A model generated the notes under the pieces. The model searched no databases. It worked only from the letters and a program-made list of their open reading frames with translations, and was not told the origin of the DNA. Shown one piece after another: positions 1 through 8,260 of a DNA stretch of 64,000 nucleotides. The DNA comes from Coleofasciculus sp. B1-GNL1-01 (lineage in GTDB: Bacteria; Cyanobacteriota; Cyanobacteriia; Cyanobacteriales; Coleofasciculaceae), in NCBI GenBank assembly GCA_040220235.1, contig JAVJTO010000096.1, one strand, 5' to 3'. The number at the start of each line of letters is the position of its first letter. The stretch's first letter is position 1. A program made the position numbers and the translations under genes.

Positions 1-68
1 AAGCATTGACTCGACCTGCTCAATGACTGCTAGACTCATATCATACATGAGTTTTAAGGCCAATCAGG

Positions 69-215
69 ATGTCTGGAAAGAAAATTTACGATGAGCCAAA
101 ACGCAGGTTTACGATGACATTGACCGAAACAGCTATCAAATAGTTAAAGATAAAACGACTGGAGTTGGGCGCTAATAGCCTTAGCGACGTAATAGAACGG
201 ATGGCGCGACATTAA
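69..215 (+). pseudogene. Small ribbon-helix-helix/CopG-like DNA-binding protein with an internal stop codon
   Basis: Manual translation from ATG69 gives MSGKKIYDEPKRRFTMTLTETAIK*LKIKRLELGANSLSDVIERMARH*. The beta-strand/helix/SxSDxIE pattern is RHH-like; the in-frame TAG is one change from TGG. Confidence 0.55.
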
Positions 216-446
216 AACTTACCCAAAAAGTCAAAATATGGGTAGCTTTGGGCAAGTATTTGGTTACAGTTGCTTACCCTTTTAAGTAGGCTGGTGGAAA
301 TCAACCCAACACGATTAATTTCTGCAAATAGACCTTAAACCCTGACATAAACGTAGCTTGCTTCTCAAGGGCAGCGAGTATGACGAATGACAAATGACGA
401 TAAGAGCCGTTAACTTTAATTGTCCCCACCTACTTCCCTCCTAACC

Positions 447-1466
447 ATGACTTTACCTGAATCCAGCCGATTGCAATTGACCCCAGATTTGAACATCTGT
501 CGCCTCCTAAATGGCTTATGGCAAGTATCTGGCGCTCATGGACGCATTGATCCCAAAAAAGCCATTCCCAGTATGTTTGATTATCTAGATGCTGGCTTTA
601 CCACCTGGGATCTCGCCGATCATTATGGACCGGCGGAAGATTTTATTGGCGAATTTAAGCGTCAACTGGTGGCGACTCGCGGTGAGGAAGCGTTAGCAAA
701 CATGCAAGCCTTTACCAAATGGGTACCCCGCCCAGGTCGGATGACTCGACAATGGGTGGAGAAAAATATCGATCGCTCTCGCCAACGGATGGGAATGGAT
801 TGCCTGGACTTGTTACAATTCCACTGGTGGGACTACCGCGATCGCAACTATCTGGACGCCCTCAAGCAGATGGCACAACTGCAAGCCGAAGGGAAAATCA
901 AGCATCTGGCGTTAACCAACTTTGATACCGAACACCTAAAAATTATCATCGACGCCGGGATCAACATCCTCTCCAATCAAGTCCAGTATTCCCTGATTGA
1001 CCGCCGTCCTCAAGTCAACATGGAACCGTTTTGTCAAGACCATGACATTAAACTTTTCACCTATGGCACCCTCTGCGGCGGCTTGTTATCAGAAAAGTAT
1101 TTAGGACAACCTGAACCGGGTTGGGCAGAACTGTCTACGGCTAGCTTGAGAAAATACAAGAACATGATTGATGGGTGGGGCGGTTGGCGTTTATTTCAAG
1201 AGTTGCTCACCGTACTCCAGGATATAGCGACTCACCATAATGTGAGTATTCCGAATGTAGCCGTGCGGTATATCCTCGATCAGCCAGCCGTAGCTGGTGT
1301 GATTGTTGGGGCGAGGTTAGGCATATCGGAACATATAGACGATAATGCCAGAGTATTTACCATGACTCTCGATGCCAAGGAAAAGGAAAAGATTGAAGCC
1401 GTATTAGTCAAGTCTTATGATTTGTATCAAATCATTGGCGATTGTGGCGACGAATATCGACGATAA
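447..1466 (+). CDS. Aldo/keto reductase
   Basis: GLWQ, DLADHYG, FTKW, LDLLQFHWW, GKIKHLALTNF and NQVQYSLID motifs. Start placed at ATG447; the ORF track starts at 420. Confidence 0.9.
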   Translation: MTLPESSRLQLTPDLNICRLLNGLWQVSGAHGRIDPKKAIPSMFDYLDAGFTTWDLADHYGPAEDFIGEFKRQLVATRGEEALANMQAFTKWVPRPGRMTRQWVEKNIDRSRQRMGMDCLDLLQFHWWDYRDRNYLDALKQMAQLQAEGKIKHLALTNFDTEHLKIIIDAGINILSNQVQYSLIDRRPQVNMEPFCQDHDIKLFTYGTLCGGLLSEKYLGQPEPGWAELSTASLRKYKNMIDGWGGWRLFQELLTVLQDIATHHNVSIPNVAVRYILDQPAVAGVIVGARLGISEHIDDNARVFTMTLDAKEKEKIEAVLVKSYDLYQIIGDCGDEYRR

Positions 1467-1546
1467 GCCAGAAAAGACATTCCCGAATCCGTGATCTGGG
1501 GGGAGTATACTCTAAACTCAAGAATAACCAGAAAGATAGCAGACCA

Positions 1547-2689
1547 ATGGAACACTCTCCCGTTGACGCCCAACCTGATACTCAATCAGTGTCATCGGCG
1601 TCTCCTCATTGGACGCCATTTGATCACACGATGATGCAACGGTGCATCGAGCTTGCTCGCCGTGCCCTCGGACGAACTAGCCCTAATCCTTTAGTGGGTG
1701 CTGTCATTGTCCGAGATGGAGTGATCGTGGGAGAGGGATTTCATCCAGGCGCAGGTCAACCCCACGCAGAAATTTTTGCTCTCCGTCAAGCGGGTGACAA
1801 GTCTCAGGGAGCGACAATTTATGTCAACCTAGAGCCTTGTAATCACTATGGACGAACACCCCCCTGCACAGAAGCCTTAATTGCCGCAGGAGTGGCTAAG
1901 GTTGTCGTCGGTATGGTTGATCCCAATCCTCTCGTGGCAGGGGGTGGAATTGAGCGGCTGAGAAAGGCGGGGATTGAGGTTGTCGTGGGTGTGGAAACGG
2001 AGGCTTGTCGCCAGCTTAATGAAGCCTTTATTCATCGCATCCTGCATAAGCGTCCCTGGGGAATGCTGAAATATGCTATGACACTCGACGGCAAAATTGC
2101 CACCGCCAGTGGTCACAGTGCTTGGGTGACGGGTCAAGAGGCGCGGCGGTATGTGCATCAACTTCGGACGGCTTGTGATGCCGTTATTGTCGGGGGTAAT
2201 ACTGTGCGTCTGGATAACCCTCATCTCACCAGTCACGATACCGATACTCACAATCCATTGCGAGTGGTCATGAGTCGCACCCTAGACTTGCCCATCGATG
2301 CCCGTTTATGGGAAACCGCTGATGCTCCCACGTTAGTTTTGACCGAGATCGGAGCCAATCCGGATTTACAGCACCAGCTAGTGAACAAGGGAGTAGAAGT
2401 GATTGAAATGACGCCTCTGACACCCGCCAAGGCAATGGCGTATCTGTACGACCGACAGCTTTCAACGGTGTTATGGGAATGTGGTGGCACTTTGGCAGCC
2501 AGAGCGATCGCGGATGGCACAGTCCAAAAAGTACTGGCATTTATTGCTCCGAAAATTGTCGGTGGTATAACAGCGCCCTCACCTGTTGGGGATTTAGGAC
2601 TAGCAAGGATGACAGACGCCCTGACGCTTGAACAAGTCAGTTGGCGTCAGCTTGGATCAGATTATGTTGTGGAAGGCTATGTGTCATGA
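1547..2689 (+). CDS. ribD: Bifunctional diaminohydroxyphosphoribosylaminopyrimidine deaminase/reductase
   Basis: PNPLVGAV, HAE and LEPCNHYGRTPPC Zn-deaminase motifs; KYAMTLDGKIAT and VGGNTVRLDNP reductase motifs. Start at ATG1547. Confidence 0.95.
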   Translation: MEHSPVDAQPDTQSVSSASPHWTPFDHTMMQRCIELARRALGRTSPNPLVGAVIVRDGVIVGEGFHPGAGQPHAEIFALRQAGDKSQGATIYVNLEPCNHYGRTPPCTEALIAAGVAKVVVGMVDPNPLVAGGGIERLRKAGIEVVVGVETEACRQLNEAFIHRILHKRPWGMLKYAMTLDGKIATASGHSAWVTGQEARRYVHQLRTACDAVIVGGNTVRLDNPHLTSHDTDTHNPLRVVMSRTLDLPIDARLWETADAPTLVLTEIGANPDLQHQLVNKGVEVIEMTPLTPAKAMAYLYDRQLSTVLWECGGTLAARAIADGTVQKVLAFIAPKIVGGITAPSPVGDLGLARMTDALTLEQVSWRQLGSDYVVEGYVS

Positions 2690-2888
2690 ATTTATAAATT
2701 ATGAATTATGAATTATGAATAACCGAAAAAGAGGTTTAAGTTTTACCGGTTGTAAGAACGGGTTTCACGATTATCGTTTCTTGCCACCCGAATGCCGCTA
2801 AACCCGCCCTGACTCAGTGCTGGCTTGGAGAGAAGCGAGTATAACAAATGACGAATGACAAATGACGAATGACGAATGACGAATGACT
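2689..2888. repeat. STRR heptamer arrays (TATGAAT; ATGAC[AG]A) flanking a REP-like hairpin at 2751-2810
   Basis: Tandem TATGAAT at about 2700-2720 and tandem ATGACGA/ATGACAA at 2848-2888. CGGGTTT...AAACCCG inverted arms lie between them. Confidence 0.8.
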
Positions 2889-2893
2889 AAAAA

Positions 2894-3520
2894 ATGCTTG
2901 AAGTAACCATTTTCAGCGTGTTAGTCGGCAATCTGGGTTGGCAATCAGTAGTTGTCAGTACATGGCTGCGCTGGCGACAGATGATCGGGAGTCATCATTA
3001 TCAGGAGGAGGAAGAGGAGATTGTGATGGGTTTTGAGGCAAAAGAAGACTCAGCGTTATTACAGCAGCGACAAGCGAACGGCACGATTGACCGTATGAGT
3101 CATCCAGAACAACCTTCAGTAGACCCGCAACTGGTTGGCTGGGAATTCAAAATTGTGCGATCGCACCGGGACTTATTTCATAAACCGGCTGTGTTTCAAC
3201 AACTGTGTGAAGAAGAAGCCTTGGCGGGTTGGATCTTATTAGAAAAACTCGATGATCGGCGCGTTCGATTTAAGCGACTGATTGCGTTACGGAATATCAT
3301 TGATCCCCAACAGCTACCGTTTGATCCCTACCGTTGTTATTATGGGTCGTCATGGACTGCCCGAAGTTGGTTGGGTCTAGTCGCCGTGCTGATTGCGATC
3401 GCAACTCCTGCCTATCTGAGTTATAGCCTCGTTTCCAACCTGCTACACGACTCTCCAGAGGCTTCACCCCCATCTCCTTACCAAGATATACCTGCCCAGG
3501 ATTTCCCACCCGCGCCGTGA
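2894..3520 (+). CDS. Hypothetical membrane protein
   Basis: Core GWEFKIVRS...LCEEEALAGWILLEKLDDRRVRFKR followed by a C-terminal TM helix. The start may be downstream. Confidence 0.7.
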   Translation: MLEVTIFSVLVGNLGWQSVVVSTWLRWRQMIGSHHYQEEEEEIVMGFEAKEDSALLQQRQANGTIDRMSHPEQPSVDPQLVGWEFKIVRSHRDLFHKPAVFQQLCEEEALAGWILLEKLDDRRVRFKRLIALRNIIDPQQLPFDPYRCYYGSSWTARSWLGLVAVLIAIATPAYLSYSLVSNLLHDSPEASPPSPYQDIPAQDFPPAP

Positions 3521-3663
3521 CGTGATTATCTTTAATCCTACTCTGAACCTTTATTGGTAACGGTTGAGCGTTTGTGCAGCCAACCCTCGTTATCAAAAAT
3601 TGGATATTGGAAACATCCTAGAATAGTAGACAAAGCGTGACTAAGGCTAGGAGAGTGGGCAAG

Positions 3664-5295
3664 GTGAGTTCACAAGGGAAATGGATCTGCGATGGTGAAC
3701 CGAAAAATAATGATCAGTCTTATGTTGGTACAGGTTCCCATGCTCCCCACGACAATTATGGTCCAGATTGCTCAATCTGTGGCTTGCCCAGAGAGGCGAT
3801 GCAGAAAAAAACGGTCATGTCGGGTAAGGGTGTTAAAATACCACGATTTTCCCTACCGATTCTAGTGGCGATCGCACTCTTAGTTCTGTTGGGTGGTGGT
3901 GTGAGTTGGTATCTGGCGACAAGGGACAATCAGACGCAACCTGTCACCGATAATGAAACGCCAACACCGACGTCACCCTCACCCCAGAACTCTACCGCTT
4001 TACTCAGTGATACCGCCAGTCCAAGTAATGCTTCACTGATGAGTCAGGGTGAAAAGATATTACTGGATACAACATCTGCCAAACAAGCTGGCGCGGCTGC
4101 ATTTGCTCAACAAGATTGGGATCAGGCGATCGCACAATATCAACAAGCGACGACTTCTGACCCCAATGATCCAGAAAGTAAACTCTATTTCAATAATGCC
4201 AAAGCTAGGCAAATCGGTAATCCATTGGCAATCGCGGTTGTAGTTCCGATTACGCCGAGTGAGAATGAAGCCAAAGAAGTGTTGAGGGGTGTCGCATCGG
4301 CACAGGCGGAATTTAACGCCTCTCCAACACCAGCCAATCGCTTACTGGAGGTGATAATTGTCAATGATGATGGCACAGGTAAAACTGCGTCTTTGGCAGA
4401 GGATTTAATTCAATTCCCCACTGTCTTAGGCGTGATTGGACATGGGGTTGATGCCGGAACCCGACAAGCGATCGCACAATATGAAAAAGCTGGGTTAGCC
4501 GTAATTTCACCCGTGAGTACCAATGTGACACCTGACCCGACAGGTCAGTCTATCTTAAAAACTATTTCTCTGGCTCAACAAGACCAGGAATTACTCACCA
4601 CCTATTTACAACAAGTGGGTGAAACCTTGGCAAATTATGCCGCCCAACAATCCTCTCCGGCATCGGTGGTGGTATTTTACAATTCTGACAGTCCCTATAG
4701 CCAAGCTCTAAACGCTCAGTTTACCGCCGCCTTGTCTCAAGGTAAAGGTAAGGTGGTGAAAACGGTTGATATTACTGCTAATCCGAATATTGACCCCGCC
4801 GGGGAAATTCAGAGTGCTACTCAAGCGGGTGCAACAATGGCATTTCTGGCATTGAGTAAGAATAAAGTAGATACCGCGATCGCACTCGCTCAGGCAAATG
4901 CTGCTCAAGCTGAAAACCCGTTAGGTTTAATTGGGGGAGATGAACTTTATAACCCAACCATTTTAATTCAAGGGGGTGATGCGATCGCGGGAATGGTACT
5001 GGCTGTTCCTTGGAGTTGGCAACCCGACAATGCTTTTGCCCAAGAAGCCGCCCAGATTTGGCGAGGTAGAATTAGCTGGCGTACCACCACAGCTTATGAT
5101 GCAACAGACGCCTTAACGACAGCGTTGAGTCAGAACCCCACTCGCACCGGAGTGTACCAGCAGCTTAATCAAGGGATTCCCATTTCTGGGACAGCACAAG
5201 ACTTTAATCTGTTTAATCAAATCCCTCTGGTTAAAGCCGTTCCTGGTTCTGCGGGTCCGACGGGTTCGCGGTATCAGTTTGATCCGGTACAGTAA
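3664..5295 (+). CDS. Membrane-anchored type I periplasmic-binding-protein (LivJ-like) receptor with N-terminal Cys/His motif, TM helix and TPR-like segment
   Basis: WICDG...H..H...CSICG, then TM (LPILVAIALLVLLGGGVSWY), P/T linker, QAIAQYQQA..DPNDPE, and a PBP1 fold (IAVVVPI, LRGVASAQ, LGVIGH, GGDELY, TAYDA). Start could be GTG3637 or GTG3664. Confidence 0.8.
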   Translation: MSSQGKWICDGEPKNNDQSYVGTGSHAPHDNYGPDCSICGLPREAMQKKTVMSGKGVKIPRFSLPILVAIALLVLLGGGVSWYLATRDNQTQPVTDNETPTPTSPSPQNSTALLSDTASPSNASLMSQGEKILLDTTSAKQAGAAAFAQQDWDQAIAQYQQATTSDPNDPESKLYFNNAKARQIGNPLAIAVVVPITPSENEAKEVLRGVASAQAEFNASPTPANRLLEVIIVNDDGTGKTASLAEDLIQFPTVLGVIGHGVDAGTRQAIAQYEKAGLAVISPVSTNVTPDPTGQSILKTISLAQQDQELLTTYLQQVGETLANYAAQQSSPASVVVFYNSDSPYSQALNAQFTAALSQGKGKVVKTVDITANPNIDPAGEIQSATQAGATMAFLALSKNKVDTAIALAQANAAQAENPLGLIGGDELYNPTILIQGGDAIAGMVLAVPWSWQPDNAFAQEAAQIWRGRISWRTTTAYDATDALTTALSQNPTRTGVYQQLNQGIPISGTAQDFNLFNQIPLVKAVPGSAGPTGSRYQFDPVQ

Positions 5296-5450
5296 TATAG
5301 ATATTAATTTTCTCGTCATTCTGAATTCCCTAACAACACAGATAACGATAGGCTTCCAGAATATGAGAAATACATTCTAACCCAAAGATTTGAGGAGAGG
5401 GCGACCCGATCCGATTGAGTGGACTAGAGTTGTTCATTTATGGAAGCGGG

Positions 5451-5648
5451 CATCCGTGTCAACTTAAGGTCAAAAACCAATGCTGGCAAGGTTTTCAGCT
5501 ATGTCTATTTACTGCTCAAAATTTCCCCCTCATCCCCTAACCCCTTCTCCCACCGTGGGGAGAAGGGGAACCAGATTCTCTTACTCCCCTCTCCCCGGCG
5601 TGGGAGAGGGGCTGGGGGAGAGGGGTTGAGCTTAAGTTGACACCAATG
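5451..5648. mobile_element. 198-bp MITE with 18-bp imperfect TIRs and 9-bp target-site duplication, inserted in a REP
   Basis: TIRs CATCCGTGTCAACTTAAG ... CTTAAGTTGACACCAATG. Direct repeat GGAAGCGGG at 5442-5450 and 5649-5657. Host REP arms GGGCGACCCG (about 5399) and CGGGTCGCCCCTAC (5654-5667). Confidence 0.85.
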
Positions 5649-5683
5649 GGAAGCGGGTCGCCCCTACAAGGAAGGCAAGGATT

Positions 5684-5917
5684 ATGAAAAATTCACAAGC
5701 TTCTAAATTTCCTAACAATAATATAGGTGACGAGATGCTTCCAGAATATGACTTTGACTATAGCAAAGCTAGCCCGAATCGTTTTGTCACTCAAACTGAT
5801 GACTCTCCTGTAACAGTTACCCTGGCTCCAGATGTGGCTAAGGTTTTTAAGACATCGGAAGCCGTTAATCATGCCCTGAGAGCCTTACTTTCTGCAATGT
5901 CTGAGGTGACAAAATGA
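5684..5917 (+). CDS. BrnA-like antitoxin (orphan)
   Basis: DEMLPEYDFDYSKASPNRF...VTLAPDVAKVFKTSEAVNHALRALL pattern; RBS-like GGAAGG/AAGG upstream; no BrnT toxin next to it. Confidence 0.65.
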   Translation: MKNSQASKFPNNNIGDEMLPEYDFDYSKASPNRFVTQTDDSPVTVTLAPDVAKVFKTSEAVNHALRALLSAMSEVTK

Positions 5918-6034
5918 GATTATGTCCAGTCTATATCTCTCTGTGCTGTAATTATTCAGAGGCAAAGCTGATCCAGAATATCCCCTCTACGTCGCTTTTA
6001 TACCAAGTTGCATTCACTGTATTAGATCATGTCT

Positions 6035-6526
6035 CTACTCGCCAGCCGCTTGCAGAACATCTGTGTAAAGCTGCTGACTGACTCTAAATCTTGCCTGCAC
6101 AATCAAATCATCCATCACAGGCTTAACCGCCGAAATCATCCCCAGACGTTTAGCTGTAACCAAAACTCCTAAAAGTCCCTTGACTTTCAGTCCATATCTG
6201 GACGCAACGGTTCTACCCAATTGTTCATCAATCAGGAGCAAATCAGCATTGAGTTCAAGCGCCAGGGCAATGGCTTCAGCTTCGCCAGCGTCCAGTTCTT
6301 CACGCAGGGACTCGATCAGCTCATTATCATTATTGGTAAGATTCTGGATTTGAATCCAATCAAGTGTAGGGACAGTTGCGGCTTGGGTGTAAATTGTCGC
6401 CACCTGAGCGATTTCATCGGCAACAGCAGTGGGAATAATTATAGTGTGGTAAACCTGTTGCAGTAGAGGGAGATTCCCCAGAACGGCTAAGTTACTGATA
6501 GGTGAAGTGTTGCTAACGACAATCAT
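6035..6526 (-). CDS. DUF3368-family PIN-domain toxin
   Basis: MIVVSNTSPI, LDAGEAEAIALA, LLLIDE and GLLGVLVTAK motifs; ATGA-type overlap with the upstream gene. Confidence 0.9.
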   Translation of the reverse strand: MIVVSNTSPISNLAVLGNLPLLQQVYHTIIIPTAVADEIAQVATIYTQAATVPTLDWIQIQNLTNNDNELIESLREELDAGEAEAIALALELNADLLLIDEQLGRTVASRYGLKVKGLLGVLVTAKRLGMISAVKPVMDDLIVQARFRVSQQLYTDVLQAAGE

Positions 6527-6768
6527 TGTGGATACAAAGTATTAATTGTTTTAAGATCTTCTTTGAAATCCGCAACATCGTAATGAACACAGATATCCCG
6601 ACTGGCAATCAAATGCTGGAACTGGATTAGATTCATCCCCAGTAACCGACTGGCTTTGCCGATGCTGATTTTTTTCTGCTGGAAAAGCATTAGCACAATT
6701 TCTTGAATCAACTCGGCTTCTGAGAGTCGTGAGGCTTTAACGATTTCATCAGGAATGGTAACGCTCAT
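6523..6768 (-). CDS. UPF0175-family antitoxin
   Basis: LFQQKKISIGKASRLLGM...F..L....I...YD..DF.EDL pattern; directly upstream of the PIN gene. Confidence 0.9.
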   Translation of the reverse strand: MSVTIPDEIVKASRLSEAELIQEIVLMLFQQKKISIGKASRLLGMNLIQFQHLIASRDICVHYDVADFKEDLKTINTLYPQ

Positions 6769-6811
6769 GCTTATACCTCGCATCCATATAAATAATCAAC
6801 ACCTATAATTC

Positions 6812-6949
6812 CCCTGGTTTGGGCAACCCGCTTGCACGAATGAACACCACCCATCCACTCAATTGACTCGGATTGCCCTTTCCTCAACGGAGAATGAAAC
6901 CTTCCGCCGGAACGTTTCTACCCGATTGTACAAATTGCCCAAACCAGGG
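6812..6949. mobile_element. MITE-like element with perfect 15-bp terminal inverted repeats
   Basis: CCCTGGTTTGGGCAA (6812-6826) and TTGCCCAAACCAGGG (6935-6949). Confidence 0.65.
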
Positions 6950-7001
6950 AAGCCTTATAATACAGGATAAAACACTGATTTAAAATTCTATAGGATTTCT
7001 G

Positions 7002-7907
7002 GTGCTTCGTTATCGTCGCCGTCTTTGGTTGTATCCCCTATTCCAAATCCCCTTAATCTGTTTGGGTATATGTTTAGTCGCGGCTGTATTGTTTGCCTTA
7101 CTCGGACTGGGTAGACCATCGGTAGCCGTCGCGATCGCGTTAGATTTAAGTAGCAGTACCTTCTCTGAACCCTCCCAGTTTAACCAACCGGGTACGGTGA
7201 TGTATCAGGAAGTTATCGCTGTTGAGTCTTATCTTGACCAAAATGCTCAACTGTTAAGAGTTCCTAATCAAATTCAGGTCTTTGGTTTTGCGGGAGTTGT
7301 TTTACCCCTGACCGATTCCTTTCAAACCGATAGTCAACAGGTAAGTGCTGAATTGAACCAGGCGTTGCAAAATCCTAACCTGATTCAGCGAATTGTACCG
7401 GGTACAACGGATTTGAATTTAGCGATTCAGGAAGGAACAGACGCCTTAAGTCCAATTCAGGATCATTGCCGGGAATTACTCTTAGTCACCGATGGGGAAG
7501 CTGACGTTGATGCTGAGGTGATTCAAGCCGCCGCCGCCCGTCGGGTGAAGATTAACGCTGTTGTCGTGGGTGGAGACGCGCCTGATTTACGCAACGCGGC
7601 TGCTACTACAGGTGGGATCTATCACTCTGGTCAAGTCACCAATTTAGAAACTGTTTTCACGAATCAATTCTTTAGGAATTTTAACAGTAATCGACGCTGG
7701 GTTATTTTTTGGCTGGGTGCGGCTTGGATTTCTCTGATGTGGTTACTCATCCTCCCCTTAGATCGCTGGATTTTCCAAGGATGGCTAAAACTGCCCATGA
7801 ATCTCGCGGGTCAATTAGCGTTAGGCAATGCCTTCTTCTGGACAGTCGCCACCCTTTTAATTGTTTGGCATTTAGCTAAAGGATTACCATTTATTTCACT
7901 ATGTTAA
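7002..7907 (+). CDS. Membrane-bound von Willebrand factor A domain protein
   Basis: MIDAS-type DLSSS, GTTDL...AI and LLLVTDGE motifs; one N-terminal and two C-terminal TM segments. Confidence 0.9.
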   Translation: MLRYRRRLWLYPLFQIPLICLGICLVAAVLFALLGLGRPSVAVAIALDLSSSTFSEPSQFNQPGTVMYQEVIAVESYLDQNAQLLRVPNQIQVFGFAGVVLPLTDSFQTDSQQVSAELNQALQNPNLIQRIVPGTTDLNLAIQEGTDALSPIQDHCRELLLVTDGEADVDAEVIQAAAARRVKINAVVVGGDAPDLRNAAATTGGIYHSGQVTNLETVFTNQFFRNFNSNRRWVIFWLGAAWISLMWLLILPLDRWIFQGWLKLPMNLAGQLALGNAFFWTVATLLIVWHLAKGLPFISLC

Positions 7908-7917
7908 TTGTTTCATC

Positions 7918-8021
7918 TATAGCGTTTTCATTTGAGTTGTGAACCCCACCCCTGCCCTCCCCTTGCTAAGGGGAGGGTTTGGGAGGGGTAATATTTTCAC
8001 GTTTCATTTGGAACTGCTATA
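7918..8021. repeat. TATAGC...GCTATA-ended MITE-like repeat with an internal GC-rich hairpin
   Basis: TATAGCGTTTTCATTTGA left end; TCATTTGGAACTGCTATA right end; internal CCCTCCCCTT...AAGGGGAGGG. Confidence 0.55.
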
Positions 8022-8260
8022 TTACTCAATCCAATCCTCTTTTCATTAGAGTCTCACACCTCTATCAATCTGTGAAATCAGTGCGACTAACCTGCCAAAG
8101 CCCCAGCTCAATGATTGCTGTAAATCTGTGGAATCAGTGTTTTTCTATGGTATACTTTTCATTATGGGAAAATATGCCTGCCTATAGACTCGACACATAA
8201 GGCTTCAGACAAAAAGCGACAACCCCTACCAATTCTCGTTCATTCACCAAAGAAACCACC

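Noticed and set aside
2848..2888. Tandem repeats considered as a possible CRISPR array (also 38560-38590, 43845-43875, 49583-49605, 52910-52945)
   Set aside because: These are 7-bp STRR-type units without unique spacers, and no cas genes are present.
5440..5640. 66-aa ORF
   Set aside because: It lies entirely within the MITE and its hairpin; repeat-derived.
7979..8200. 73-aa ORF between the vWA and tubulin genes
   Set aside because: It starts with TTG inside a repeat and has no RBS or recognisable motif.
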